Assembly: GCA_918797485.1 (NCBI GenBank)
Contig: CAKKNE010000004.1
Span: 3,720,001-3,784,000, forward strand
Length of the DNA: 64,000 bases
Origin: Pelagomonas calceolata
Taxonomy: Eukaryota
Direction: 5' to 3'
Notes under the pieces: generated by a model
Databases searched by the model: none
Told to the model about the DNA's origin: nothing
Seen by the model: the letters and a program-made list of their open reading frames with translations, nothing else
Position numbers and translations under genes: made by a program
Part shown: one piece after another, positions 29,459-40,384 of the stretch
Layout of the letters: every line of letters begins with the position of its first letter
How positions within the stretch are numbered: position 1 is the stretch's first letter

Positions 29459-30940
29459 TCACACAAGCGGAGCGCGAGTCGCGGCCTCGAGCAGGTCCTC
29501 GAACGCGAGGTCCTGCGGCGAGAGCGTCCGGCTGACCCAGAAGCCCGCGTCGACGAGGCGTCGCCGCGCCTCGGCCAACGCGTCGGCATCGCTCGGCATG
29601 TTCAGCAGCTCGAGCGGGGGCGTCGCCGCGGACGGCGGAGCGCGGAGCCGCGCCACCACGTCGCCGAGGGTTGCCGAGTGGCAGTAACACGCCGGCGTGC
29701 GAGCGCGGCCGACAGCGCAATGGATGTGCGCCGTGAATGTCCAAGCTCGGTCCGGTTCGGAGTAGAGCGCGTGCTGCCGGTGGAAGTAGATACCGTCCGC
29801 CCGGAGCGCTCGTGCTGCCGCGTGACCGTAAGTGGTACGCACGTGGAGCCTAATGGCCGTTTCGAGCGCTTCAAGTTTTGACGCGTGCTCGGGCCGTAGG
29901 TCGCTATCGTCGTAAAGGTAGGGCACCGCGTCGGCGCTGCTGCCAAGTACGTCCCCGACGTAGACCGGCGACTCGACCAGTTTCGTGGGTGTCTCCTTCG
30001 GCGCCAGCGGTCGGGCGGCGGCCGTCGGCGTCGCCGACGCGTTGCGCGGCGACGGCGCGCGCGGCGACGCCGCCGCGCGCCGGGCCACGAACGACGGCGA
30101 GCCCAGGAGAATCGGCGCCGGCGGCGGGGGCTTCATCGTGTAGTCGTAGGAGCCGGTCCGCGGGCGGCCCGTTGGGGTTGAGGGCGGCGACGGCACGCCC
30201 CGCCGCGGCGACGGCGGCGCGTAGGAGTCGCTTCGCTGGCGGAACGACCCAGGGGAGGGCGGTCGCCGCGGCGACGGCGGCGCCGCCTCGCCGATGAGCC
30301 GCGACGCGACCCGCAAATCCGGGTGGCAGCGGAAGAAGCGCGCGCGCTTCCGCAGCTCGGGGTGCACGTACCAGGCCACGAGCCCAAATCCCAAGCCCTT
30401 GCGGAGCACTTTCCGCGCGTAGCCCGCCGGCGACTCAACAGCTGCGTCGTAGTCGTAGTAGGCCGGGTTCGGCATGAGCAAAAAGTCGCTCTCGAAGTGG
30501 AAGCACTCGGGCCGCGCGAGGAAGAGCCGCGTGGCCGGGCAGTCCGCCAAATCCAGCAAGTTCATCAAAAACGAGGGCACGTAGGCCGCGCGCCCGCCGC
30601 GTCGCAACGCCGCCGATCGTCCCGGTGTTGAGGTGAGCGTCGCCTTGGTGGTCGGTGTACTGTTTCGCCGAGGGGCCCGAAGCAAGACGTGCGGCGCGTC
30701 GAGCTCCCTTAACAACTTCGCGTAGACGGCGCCGGCCTTGCGCTGCCTCAGGTCTTTGCGCGCCTTCTCGACGGCTTTGAGGATGGGGGCGTACGGCGCG
30801 GGCTCGGCGCCGGTCGACGCGGGCCAGGCGGCCCGGGCGGCACGGAGCAGCGCGCAGAGCTCGTCGGCGTTCTTCGGCGAAGAGGGTCGCGCGGCGACGA
30901 GCGGCTGGGGTCGGGCTGGAGCACCGACGTGTGCTGCCAT
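29459..30940 (-). CDS. Hypothetical protein with DcpS-C/HIT-like C-terminal region
   Basis: DLRPEHASKL...GIYFH...AHIH...LGDVVARL resembles the scavenger decapping C-terminal domain. Confidence 0.55.
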   Translation of the reverse strand: MAAHVGAPARPQPLVAARPSSPKNADELCALLRAARAAWPASTGAEPAPYAPILKAVEKARKDLRQRKAGAVYAKLLRELDAPHVLLRAPRRNSTPTTKATLTSTPGRSAALRRGGRAAYVPSFLMNLLDLADCPATRLFLARPECFHFESDFLLMPNPAYYDYDAAVESPAGYARKVLRKGLGFGLVAWYVHPELRKRARFFRCHPDLRVASRLIGEAAPPSPRRPPSPGSFRQRSDSYAPPSPRRGVPSPPSTPTGRPRTGSYDYTMKPPPPAPILLGSPSFVARRAAASPRAPSPRNASATPTAAARPLAPKETPTKLVESPVYVGDVLGSSADAVPYLYDDSDLRPEHASKLEALETAIRLHVRTTYGHAAARALRADGIYFHRQHALYSEPDRAWTFTAHIHCAVGRARTPACYCHSATLGDVVARLRAPPSAATPPLELLNMPSDADALAEARRRLVDAGFWVSRTLSPQDLAFEDLLEAATRAPLV

Positions 30941-31085
30941 CTCCTCTTGAGGCCAGAGAGCGGTCTCAGACGTCTCACGAATGGAAAAACGCGACGGCGG
31001 CGTGGACAGCGACCACGTATTGGCGCACTCGCGTGGCCAAACCTTCGCAGCCCCTACTGGTCGGCGGTCAAAACGCCGAGGCGAG

Positions 31086-31108
31086 CTAGCGTCGTGTTGA
31101 CACACTAG
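31086..31108. promoter_or_regulatory. CTAG-pair upstream motif
   Basis: ctagcgtcgtgttgacacactag in a divergent spacer. Confidence 0.55.
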
Positions 31109-31192
31109 CTTGCTTGCGCATCGACCCTGTCGACCAGCGCAGCCGCAATTGCAGCATTTATGCCATTACGGGCTACAGTGCACTCGTACAGG

Positions 31193-31855
31193 ATGGCCCT
31201 GCGAGTTAGAGCATCGCTTATAGCGAGACAGCTGCGTTCCAGGCCAGCATCACACTGCACCACCAGACACGCGACGCCGTCGCGGAGGCATGCGTTGTCG
31301 CTGCCGCCCGGCTGCAGCTACCACGCCGACTTCCTCACGGTTGACGAGCAGGACGCGCTCGTCGAGGCCATCAAGGCGCGGCTCAAGGGCACCGGCTACG
31401 AACGGGATCACTGGGATGCAGTTATCGACCGCTATAGAGAAAGGGAGATGCTGTCCGTCGACGACGACCTGGCCGAGGCCGCGGTCGAGAAGGTGCGCGC
31501 GTTTTTGAGAAGCGAGCAGGGCGTCACGAGCTTCCTGCCGCCGCACTGCATCGACCTCGCCGCGGACGGCGGCGTCATACGCCCGCACATTGATTCGATC
31601 AAGTTCTCGGGGCGCGTCGTGGCGGGTGTGTCGTTGGTGTCGGCGGCGACGATGGTGCTCGCCGAGGCCGACCCGGCGACGGGCGAGCCGCGGCCCGGCG
31701 CGCGAGAGAGCGAGCTGAGGTTAGAGCCGGGCTCGCTCTACGTCCTCGCGGACGAGAGTCGCTACGATTATGCGCACGCGATCGCGCCCGAGGGAAGAAG
31801 GTTGTCGCTCATTTTGAGGGATGCGCCGGAGGACTTCGAGCAGCGGAGCTTGTAG
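31193..31855 (+). CDS. ALKBH7: 2OG-Fe(II) dioxygenase, ALKBH7-like
   Basis: YERDHWDAVI, IRPHIDSIKFSG, SLYVL...RYDYAH, RRLSLILR; mitochondrial-type N-terminus. Confidence 0.85.
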   Translation: MALRVRASLIARQLRSRPASHCTTRHATPSRRHALSLPPGCSYHADFLTVDEQDALVEAIKARLKGTGYERDHWDAVIDRYREREMLSVDDDLAEAAVEKVRAFLRSEQGVTSFLPPHCIDLAADGGVIRPHIDSIKFSGRVVAGVSLVSAATMVLAEADPATGEPRPGARESELRLEPGSLYVLADESRYDYAHAIAPEGRRLSLILRDAPEDFEQRSL

Positions 31856-31911
31856 TGTTATTTGTGTTTAAGAATCAGTTATACAAGCAGTGTGGGATAG
31901 GTATGAATTTC

Positions 31912-33564
31912 TCAGCGTCGGCGGTACAGGCGTCGCTTCGGGCGTCGCCTGCGGCCGCGGAGGGCCCGCGTCATGCGGTGCCACGCAACAATGACGCGGC
32001 GCCGTGGAGCGGCAGCGACTGCGTTCGCCCCGACCGCCTGGACGATCGTCGAACAGAGCTTCGGGAACAGGCAGACCGCGTTCCAGAGCGCCACGGCGGC
32101 CTTGCCCGGCAGCGCCAGCAGCGACATCCACTCGACCGAGGCGACCGCGTCGGGCACCGCCGCCGCGATGCGAAAACAAGCGTCGGGGAGCGCGAACAGC
32201 TGGAACAGGATGCTCAGAAACACCATGGACGAAAAAACAGCGAACGGAGCTGCATTCTTCGCGTTGAGGACCCAGGGCAGGTTCTCGCCCACGACGAAGC
32301 GCGTCTGCGGGATCACGGCCGCCGTCGACGCCATCATAGCCGGCGTCGGCGTCGGCGCCGGCTCGGGGCGCTTCTTCTTCTTCTTGAACAGCGCCGGGCG
32401 CGCGAGGCGCCGCTTGAGCGTTACGGAAGGCGCCTTCGTCGGGAGCCGAGAAGGTGCTAATGAAGGACCCGCCTCGACGGAGACTTGTAAAGCGCCCGGC
32501 GTCGTCACAGAAGGCTCTAACGCCGTGACGGCGAAGGAGGTCGTGGGGTCCACGGTCACCGACGACAGGAAGAGGCTCTGGCCGAACTCGACTAAGGAAG
32601 TAGGCGCGTGCGCCAAGCCAAAGGCATACCCAGGATTAGCGGCCCAGAGCCACGGCGGCGGCGCCTCGAACGACGGCCGGTCCGGCAGGTAGACGTCCGG
32701 CTCCTTGAAGAGCACGGCGCCGCCCTCGCAGACGAGTCGGAACGACGCCGCAAACCGGAAAGGGGCCGTGCCCGGTGGCGACCGCCTTGCATAGTAGAAG
32801 AACGGCGTCTGCATTATGTTCCTATTTTCTACCACTCGAGCTGCTCCTCTTACTACCACTCTTCCGTCTCTCTCGATCGTGGTCCGGAACTGCATCTGCT
32901 CGTCGTCGGCGATTTCCTTGCCCATGTAACTTGTGAGTACTCTTCTGACAACTCGATCCAATCGAGCTCGGATCCACGCCGAGGCGTCGAGGTCGCGGCC
33001 CGTCATCGTGAGTTGGGCTCTAAATGAACCTCTTCTCCCTCTCGTCAATACCCGACGGTGCATATTGACCAGCTCCGTCTCGAGCTGCGTCGCTTTCAGT
33101 TTCGCGCCGCCGTCAGGTAATTTTTGAAACCCGAGCCACGAGAAGCCCTGCGTGCTTAGTTTAATAACGTCCGGGCAGCGCTGCCGCTGGAGGCCCTCTC
33201 CAATATCACACTCGTCCGGTTCCACAACTTCGAGGCAATCAACAGTATCCAACTCCAAGCAGCCCTTCTTCGTCGTGTCGCGCAGCCAGCCGCGAAAGCA
33301 CTGCTCCGTGATCCAGCTCCGCGCCGTCCGCACGATGCCCTCGTCGAGCTTGCCCAGGCGCCGCTGGGGCGGGAGGTCCACGGGGTCCAGCGTCGCCGCG
33401 CCCAGGCGAAGCCGGGAAGGCGAGACCGGCCTCGCCGGCGCGTACGCGGCGACGGGCAGCAGCTGGAGGGCGAGAAACCCTGCCAACGTCCTACGAGGGC
33501 GCCGTGGGGCCGCGCGGGCGCCTCCTCGGCCGCGGCCCGCGGCGCGGGCCCGCGGCGGGGTCAT
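31912..33564 (-). CDS. Hypothetical protein with signal-like N-terminus and C-terminal hydrophobic segments
   Basis: 550-aa ORF; no recognised family. Confidence 0.6.
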   Translation of the reverse strand: MTPPRARAAGRGRGGARAAPRRPRRTLAGFLALQLLPVAAYAPARPVSPSRLRLGAATLDPVDLPPQRRLGKLDEGIVRTARSWITEQCFRGWLRDTTKKGCLELDTVDCLEVVEPDECDIGEGLQRQRCPDVIKLSTQGFSWLGFQKLPDGGAKLKATQLETELVNMHRRVLTRGRRGSFRAQLTMTGRDLDASAWIRARLDRVVRRVLTSYMGKEIADDEQMQFRTTIERDGRVVVRGAARVVENRNIMQTPFFYYARRSPPGTAPFRFAASFRLVCEGGAVLFKEPDVYLPDRPSFEAPPPWLWAANPGYAFGLAHAPTSLVEFGQSLFLSSVTVDPTTSFAVTALEPSVTTPGALQVSVEAGPSLAPSRLPTKAPSVTLKRRLARPALFKKKKKRPEPAPTPTPAMMASTAAVIPQTRFVVGENLPWVLNAKNAAPFAVFSSMVFLSILFQLFALPDACFRIAAAVPDAVASVEWMSLLALPGKAAVALWNAVCLFPKLCSTIVQAVGANAVAAAPRRRVIVAWHRMTRALRGRRRRPKRRLYRRR

Positions 33565-33972
33565 TTGATGGCCCTCAACTCAAATTAGCTCTCAGTCGGC
33601 CTCTGCGAAATTTCAGGCGCTGCGCTCGGCTGTGTGAGCCGAGAGCACTGGGCCGGTCTCAGGGAGGAAGTTAAAAGCTGTGCCCAGGCTCTAGGTTCGT
33701 CGCATGGCCCGTCTTCTTTTAGCAGCAAGCTTGAGCTGCCGGAGCCTCTGCCTAGTTTGAACTTCACTAGCGCAGGAATACCTGTGCGAGGACTCGCGTA
33801 CGTCCTCAACCGGCACGAGGGGGAGAAACCGGAATCACGGCGAAAAGGGGGCAGCAATTGCGTCGGTTTTGGGCTCACCGCGGACGTCACAGCCGCGTTT
33901 CCCAGAAACCCCCCTCAACTTACCCTCAACTAAGCACCAGCCGCGGACTAGAACCCCTAAACGTAAGGTTAC

Positions 33973-35748
33973 TCAGCTCATACTCATCTTCAGGATGCGC
34001 TGGACGCGCGCCGCCTTGCGCGCGGCTTTTTCAGAAGGCTTTTCAGAAGCTTTCTTGTTCTCCTTCGCAACAATCCGGGCCTTCCGCCGCGCCTTCCGTT
34101 GGTCATCTTCGGCCTTGCGCACGGCCATGAGCTCGTCGTCGTCACTATCGGCCGTGGCGTCGACCACGGCTGTCGGAGCTTCATCGCTATCGGACGCGTC
34201 CTCTTCCGTAGCAGGTGTTTTCGTCACGTCCTCCACAACAAGCTCATCATCACTAGATGCGTAGTCGCGGGGCTTCGGGTCCATGAAGCCTTTTTGCACG
34301 GCAGCTTTCTTTTTGTTTTCCGATCCAGGCTTCTTCCAGCCCCGCGTCATCTCATGCCCTTTTCCGCCCCTTCGAGCGCGTAGTAGGCCCCTCGCAATCC
34401 GAGACGTCCTATCATTCGTGGCCTTGTCCCGATCCAACAGCGCCAGCAGCAAGTCCGCGACGGCGCCCCGCTGCGCGTCTCCGGCCTTTTCGTCGATGAT
34501 GGCTCGCCTTGCACTACGTGCCGCGGATATAGCCTCGCCCAGCCTCTCGTCGCCGAGGGCGGCCAAAGTCTGGGCGAGCCTATATCTAGCTTTCGAGTTG
34601 CGCGGGTCCGCGTCCAACGCCGCGTCGCAGGCCTCCTCCGCTCTTTGCAACCACGCCTTGTTCTTTACATCATCACTCACGTCGCGCGCCGCCAGCTTGA
34701 CCAAACAAGTTGCTCGGTTGCACTGCAGCGTCGACACCGCTGTTTCATTCTCCTCGGTTAATGCCGCGTCGTAGTGCTGAAGGGCCTTCTCGAAGTCGCC
34801 GGCGGCGAAGGCCTGATTTCCGGCTTGTCTAGGTTTCACCTCGATCTTGCGCGGCGGCGGCGGCGGCGGCATCGGCTTTACTGCTTTCTTGGGTTTGGAA
34901 TCGAGGTCGAAGCCTCCACTCATCTCAATCACGTCATCATCAGTGGCCTTGCACAGGACCGTACCGCCGACCCAGCCCGTGCCACTACAAGGGTCGCACC
35001 GCGAGAAGTCGTCGAACAATCGCTTCGCCAGACCCGATTCGTCGGCGTCGCCGCGCCGCTCCGCCCGCAACACCCAGTCGGACAACGCTTCGATTAATAG
35101 TCGAGAGGGATTTAAAACGTGCGTCTCGCAGTGCATCTGCCGCGCCCAGCCCAGCCAGAAGGCGAGCAAGTCGAGGCACGCCTTTTCGCCCCCTGGGTAC
35201 GAGTCGCGCGAATTGGCGACTAAATCAGGGATCATCCGATCCCCCAGATCTAGTAGAGAGCGGTGCATCTTCACCTCGTCGTCGGTCGAGGGTGCCACGT
35301 ACCACTTCAGCGCTTCGTCGCCGGTGACCCTCAAAAAGATCTCGACGGCGTGCGCGCGGACGTGCTGGTCCTCCTCCTGCAGTCTCGACGCGAGGCCTTC
35401 GAGGCCTCCATGCACCGCAAAAACTCTGTGGAAGTCCGACTTGTGGTGGAGCATGAACATGAGGCCGAGCGCGGGCCGCGCGGCGTGGGGCAGTCCGTCG
35501 CGCGGGTGTTTTACTATACACGCGTAGGCCTCCCCATCTTTTTCCTCAGGAAAGAAGAGGATCCTCCTCGCCTCGTCCTCGCTGTCGCATTGTGCGAACG
35601 CTCTTTTCATCGGCTCGAGCGGCGGCGCACTCCACAATTTCGTGAGCGACGCCCGGAGCGCGTCGTTGTCCGGCGCGTGGGCCATGAGCTCGTCGAAGCG
35701 GGCCTGGTCCTTCATAACAGCTGCATCACTCTTCTCCTCGGCGGCCAT
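33973..35748 (-). CDS. TPR-domain protein (helical N-terminus)
   Basis: GNQAFAAGDFEKALQHY...NRATCLVKL...CDAALDADPRNSKARYRLA. Confidence 0.8.
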   Translation of the reverse strand: MAAEEKSDAAVMKDQARFDELMAHAPDNDALRASLTKLWSAPPLEPMKRAFAQCDSEDEARRILFFPEEKDGEAYACIVKHPRDGLPHAARPALGLMFMLHHKSDFHRVFAVHGGLEGLASRLQEEDQHVRAHAVEIFLRVTGDEALKWYVAPSTDDEVKMHRSLLDLGDRMIPDLVANSRDSYPGGEKACLDLLAFWLGWARQMHCETHVLNPSRLLIEALSDWVLRAERRGDADESGLAKRLFDDFSRCDPCSGTGWVGGTVLCKATDDDVIEMSGGFDLDSKPKKAVKPMPPPPPPRKIEVKPRQAGNQAFAAGDFEKALQHYDAALTEENETAVSTLQCNRATCLVKLAARDVSDDVKNKAWLQRAEEACDAALDADPRNSKARYRLAQTLAALGDERLGEAISAARSARRAIIDEKAGDAQRGAVADLLLALLDRDKATNDRTSRIARGLLRARRGGKGHEMTRGWKKPGSENKKKAAVQKGFMDPKPRDYASSDDELVVEDVTKTPATEEDASDSDEAPTAVVDATADSDDDELMAVRKAEDDQRKARRKARIVAKENKKASEKPSEKAARKAARVQRILKMSMS

Positions 35749-36167
35749 CGTCGCGTCGTCTGCGTGCAGCAGTATGGGTGGTGCTGGGCCCAGGAAGGCT
35801 GCCCGCGCGTCCTATCTATGCGCGCGCGCTGTTTAGTGGACGGATCTCGATGAGTGAGCTCGCGTTACGCAGCCCTTTCGCTCTAATAGCGTGCTGTTCG
35901 CGTGTACGGCGCGGGCAGCGTGACAGATTTCTCAGCCCTTGGCAGGCGGGCGGGCGGGCGGGCCGCTAGCCGGGCGCGTCCGGGCGTATCCAGGCCTCGC
36001 CGGACGAGTCCGGAGTCCGTCCGTGGTGGGGCGACGGCGTAGGAGGGCCGGGGGCGCGGTCACGCAGACCCCGCGTCGGTCGCGCTTGGCCGCCTAGCTC
36101 TACTTGAGCTAAGCAAAGCAAAAAAGAAAACCAAATAAAAACGACAACTTACACAACAACAAACTCC

Positions 36168-37805
36168 TCAGGAGGAGCCGAGGACGGCCTCGACGATCAC
36201 CGCGACCGCGCGGCCCCACGTCCACGCGCGCAGGCGCCCGGCGCCCTCGAGCGCCCGCCGCCGCGCGCCCGCCGCGTCCAGATAAATCGCCTCCAAGGCA
36301 GCCGTCGCCTGCTCGACGTCGACCTCGACGCCGGCCGCGTCCGGCGGCCCGCCCGTCGCGGGCGCGGCCGCCAGCGGCCAGCACCCGCCGCCCGCCAAGT
36401 GGACCGTGTCGCGCTGGCCCGTCCCGTCCGCCAGGATCGTCGGCACGCCCATCGCTAACGCCTCCATCGCGACGAGGTTCGTGCCGCCCTCGCACCGGTT
36501 CGGGAAGAGCGCGGCGTCGACCTTCCTCAGGATCCCGGGCACGTCGCCGTGTTGTAACGGTGGGAACGCAGCAATGGCCTCCCGGCGGACGCCGTTTTCC
36601 ACCAACCAATCCGTCAGCGCGTGGCGCTCGTCCTCGTGGTCCTGATCCGACTTGGGCAGCGGCCCCGGGGTGACCTCCTCGAGCGCCTGCCGCGGCGTCG
36701 CCCGAGGCACGCCGACCGTGTGCGTCGCGTTCAGCATCGTTAGGGTCGTCTGGCGCCACGAGTTGCTCCAGGCACACACTAATTGCGCGTTCGCTCGTGG
36801 ATGCTTATGACTAAACCGCTTGAACGCCTCGACGACAATGTCCTGCCCCTTGCGCCACTCGAGCTTCCCGCCACTGAAGACGCGGAACCTATCCCCTGCA
36901 TGTCTGATGATGGCTGATGACGGCCCGAAGCCGCTTGACACGCCCTGCACGAAGACGCGGATCGGCGGCAGCGGCTCCCCCTTCCGAAGGAGGGCCTCGC
37001 CGAGCCACGTGCTCCCGACCAGCACCTCGTCGTACCGCCGCAACCCCTCCAAATCCGATGAAGGCCAGTGTTCGGTCTCCGCGAAGAGGATGCCCACGTT
37101 TCTCACCGAGGACCAGCAGCCCGCGTCCATGGAGTTGAGCGAGCCGTTGACGCCCCACCTCCCTAGCGCGTGCACCACCGGAAACGGCAACGGGTCTCCG
37201 GTCGAGATGGACTGGTCGTCGTAGCGGTCCGTGGCATTTAACAATGCCGCGGCGTCGAGCGACGGTTTCAATAAAGACCGCTGCGCCTCCGAAGCCTCGA
37301 AGAGGTGCGCCCGCCCGAGCGGCACGGGTAAAATCCTTTCGTCTCCCGCGAGCGCGAGCGCGATGTGCAAGCCCGCGACGCCCCATCCAATACCACCGCC
37401 CCAGTCCCAGGCCAGCCCCACGGGCGTCTTCTCTATGGAGGTAGGCGTTGCCACGTAGACGGCCACCGCGAAGGCCGACCCGGACATCTCGAGCTCGACC
37501 TTGAACCAGTGCCCGCGCGGCCGCAGGACGACCGACGCGCCCGCTTCCAAGATTTTTGTGGTGTTCCCCTCGACCGTGACATCAAAACAGTCGCGAGTCG
37601 TCGATGGATTGTCAACATCTAACTGCTCCGTGCTCAGACACGCGACGCGTTGCGTCGTGTCTGCGCTGGGCCGCAGCGCGAGGGCCACGTCGACGCGCTC
37701 ACTGGTAAGGATGCTGCCCGAGCGCGGCGCGTTGATCCAGGCGTCGTCGTTGTCATTCGTGTAGGCTCGTGCTTGTGCGAGCAGCAGCAGCCCCAATATC
37801 AACAT
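36168..37805 (-). CDS. Glycosyltransferase family 4 (GT-B) with signal peptide
   Basis: GGKLEWRKGQD; FPNRCEGGTNLVAMEALAMGVP (E-x8-E variant). Confidence 0.85.
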   Translation of the reverse strand: MLILGLLLLAQARAYTNDNDDAWINAPRSGSILTSERVDVALALRPSADTTQRVACLSTEQLDVDNPSTTRDCFDVTVEGNTTKILEAGASVVLRPRGHWFKVELEMSGSAFAVAVYVATPTSIEKTPVGLAWDWGGGIGWGVAGLHIALALAGDERILPVPLGRAHLFEASEAQRSLLKPSLDAAALLNATDRYDDQSISTGDPLPFPVVHALGRWGVNGSLNSMDAGCWSSVRNVGILFAETEHWPSSDLEGLRRYDEVLVGSTWLGEALLRKGEPLPPIRVFVQGVSSGFGPSSAIIRHAGDRFRVFSGGKLEWRKGQDIVVEAFKRFSHKHPRANAQLVCAWSNSWRQTTLTMLNATHTVGVPRATPRQALEEVTPGPLPKSDQDHEDERHALTDWLVENGVRREAIAAFPPLQHGDVPGILRKVDAALFPNRCEGGTNLVAMEALAMGVPTILADGTGQRDTVHLAGGGCWPLAAAPATGGPPDAAGVEVDVEQATAALEAIYLDAAGARRRALEGAGRLRAWTWGRAVAVIVEAVLGSS

Positions 37806-37937
37806 CTTGGGTGCGGCAGCCTTAGGGCGTGCGTTTTCGCCTGGACGGCTGCCTGGCGATTGCGGCGGTCCAATGCGCCTTGTGTTGCGCCGCTACGCGG
37901 CCTGCAAAATGCCTCCAGCGCTTGCGCTGCTTGCTTG

Positions 37938-37958
37938 CTAGTGTCTTACCGGCGCTAG
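37938..37958. promoter_or_regulatory. CTAG-pair upstream motif
   Basis: ctagtgtcttaccggcgctag, 133 bp upstream of ATG 37805. Confidence 0.55.
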
Positions 37959-38142
37959 CTACACGCCGAATTCCCTGGGGTGCAGGACTTGGGAACAGAG
38001 CCCCTCGCGGCGAGCGGGGAAAGCCCAGAGCGCGAGGAGACAGGTGAGGATAGACACGCGGGCGCCGGACGCCGGACGCAGAGTCCCAGTGATCCCATGC
38101 GTCGTCGCCGAGATGAAGAGCGATAATACAAAAACCACTCGC

Positions 38143-39186
38143 TTACAAATTCCTAGGGTCCACGGACTGCCAGTAGCCCGTCGCCTCGCGCTTCTCGGGC
38201 CGCTGCGCGCCCGGCTGCGCGACGCGCGCGCCGTAGGCCTCGCCGCCCTTACCATCATCATCATCACCATCGGGCACCTTGAGCCCGAGCTCGAAGAACT
38301 TCTCGAAGCCGCCCACAGCTTTCGCCTTCGCGCGCAATTTGGGAGCCGCGCTCAGCATCCCATAAGTTTGTTTTTCACAAATGGGGCACCGCGTATTACG
38401 AGAGCGGAAGTGGTCGCTCGCGCAGTTCGCGCAGAAGTAGTGGCCGCACTGCGTGACCATGGGATCCCTAAAAGGCCCTCGGCAAATATGGCACGCGAAG
38501 GGCAGCTCGTCACCACCATCTTTGATCCTGAACTTATCTCTTTCCCTTTCCTCTTCACTATCCTCCCCATCCAACTTCCCGAGCATCTTCCGCTCCCGCT
38601 CCCTTTCTTTTTGCCTTTGGAACTCCGCCTCGAGCTGCCAGCCCGTCTTGTAGTCGCCCCGGTCGTGCATAAATTTACAAGAGTCGCCGTAGCCGCAAAA
38701 GCCCGTATCTTTATAGTCCTTGCAGACGTCGGGCTGGTAGTCGAAGCGGCACGTGTTTCTGACAAATTGAGGGGCCCTGATAGGTCCTTTGGTGCCCGTG
38801 TACTTGTTCGCGCCGATCTGGGCCTCGTCCTTCTTCACATATGATTTATAACCGGCCTGGCCCCTATAGGTACCGTCTCCCTCCGTTTTTTGGAGCTCCA
38901 GATTCCTTTCTAGTTGTGCTCTAGTGTCTTTATCGGCCTCGGTGTCGACCTCGCCGTACGCAAAGGCGCCTCCTCTATGATCGATTGGTGCGGTCGTTCG
39001 GGAGGACGCGAAGACGGCCGACGCTTGCAGCGCATCCTCGTCGTCCTTGTCGTCGCTTTTCGTCGCGAAGCGCTGGCCGCGCGCCTGCTTCTCGGGCCGT
39101 TTCACGATGTCGGCCTGGGGCTGGTCTCCCGTGGCTTCCGGCGCGGCGCGCTTCGCCTGGCCCTTTTGGGTGCGTTTCTTGAACAT
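38143..39186 (-). CDS. CWC24: Spliceosomal CCCH/RING protein CWC24/RNF113
   Basis: GPIRAP...DYQPDVCKDYKDTGFCGYGDSCKFMHDR; RING LPFACHICR...CGHYFC. Confidence 0.95.
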   Translation of the reverse strand: MFKKRTQKGQAKRAAPEATGDQPQADIVKRPEKQARGQRFATKSDDKDDEDALQASAVFASSRTTAPIDHRGGAFAYGEVDTEADKDTRAQLERNLELQKTEGDGTYRGQAGYKSYVKKDEAQIGANKYTGTKGPIRAPQFVRNTCRFDYQPDVCKDYKDTGFCGYGDSCKFMHDRGDYKTGWQLEAEFQRQKERERERKMLGKLDGEDSEEERERDKFRIKDGGDELPFACHICRGPFRDPMVTQCGHYFCANCASDHFRSRNTRCPICEKQTYGMLSAAPKLRAKAKAVGGFEKFFELGLKVPDGDDDDGKGGEAYGARVAQPGAQRPEKREATGYWQSVDPRNL

Positions 39187-39391
39187 TGTCAGCGCTTGTT
39201 TTGCGTTTTTTGTGACTGCTGCGCGATAATTAGGGCTGCAGCTGCAATGCCGCTTTGTGCGTTTTTTTAGAGAAGCGGCGCGATGGCCCGCGGCCTGGCA
39301 GCGCTGCAGCGGTGGCTGGGACGTGCGCAGCTATGGCAGCTCACCCTGGGACGACAGCGGCGCCGTTTTCACGTCGGCTGTTTTGCTATTC

Positions 39392-39413
39392 CTAGTGTGT
39401 CACGACACGCTAG
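39392..39413. promoter_or_regulatory. CTAG-pair upstream motif
   Basis: ctagtgtgtcacgacacgctag in a divergent spacer. Confidence 0.55.
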
Positions 39414-39630
39414 CATGCTCGGGAGGCAGAGTCTGACAGAAGTACCTGGAGCAGGCCCAAGTTAGCAAAAGAGTCGCAGTGGTCTACCTCTTATCGACGC
39501 GCCCGCTTTTGCGCATCGCTGTTGCGCGCAAAAATACTGGAGCAGCGCTCACCAGGCTGCAGCCGCTGCACAGCGCCATTGCTGGATGCAGAGCGCCGGC
39601 TGGGCTCTACTCTGCCTCTCCACCACCACC

Positions 39631-40149
39631 ATGGCGCTTCTCAAGCCTCCCACGCCCGGTGAGTGTTTCTGCGGCAAGACGCGGATCTCATTGATCGACG
39701 CCGACGCGATCGTGTCGTCGAGCATCTGCCATTGCTCGGTCTGCCGGCGGCTCTGCGGTGCGCCGTTCTGCGCGAACCTGCTGACGCCGCGCAGCAACGT
39801 GCGCATAGATATCTATGGATCTCCCGCGTCGACCGACGCTCTCGCGGGCCTGCAGACGAGCAAGAACGTCGTGCGCTACCGGTGCACGTCGTGCTCGAGC
39901 CCGACGCTGGCGACGCTCAAGCTCGGCAAGCAGGACCTCTACGCGTTGCCATTAGCAGCGTTCCCGCGACCGCATCCTGCGAAGTGGGCGCCGCAGCACC
40001 ACTTCCATTATTCGGATAGAGTCATGGACGTCCACGACGGCCTCACGAAGTACTCGGGGCGCTACCTGCTCAGCGACGAGTGCGACGACGCCGGGGAGCC
40101 TCTGCCGAAGGGCCGGCTGCCGGGCGTCGGGGAGGAGGGCGTTGGGTAA
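39631..40149 (+). CDS. GFA/CENP-V family zinc protein
   Basis: GECFCG, ICHCSVCRRLCG, RYRCTSCSSP, PQHHFHY. Confidence 0.88.
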   Translation: MALLKPPTPGECFCGKTRISLIDADAIVSSSICHCSVCRRLCGAPFCANLLTPRSNVRIDIYGSPASTDALAGLQTSKNVVRYRCTSCSSPTLATLKLGKQDLYALPLAAFPRPHPAKWAPQHHFHYSDRVMDVHDGLTKYSGRYLLSDECDDAGEPLPKGRLPGVGEEGVG

Positions 40150-40384
40150 TTGTGTTGAATTCGAAGCATGGCTCGCCGATGAGGCTTGGCGGCCAGCGAA
40201 TAGTATTTTTGAAGCCTGGCAAGCCTGGCCTGGTAGGTATCGGTATGGTACCTTATACCTATACCTAGCCAAAAAACCAGTAGCAGCTGAGAAATTGCGC
40301 TGTGCTGCGCGCACGCCGCACTAGAGACTCGCCGGAGCGTGCTACTGCATCCTCGCGCTGCGATCTCCAGCGCTCCCTAGAAAA

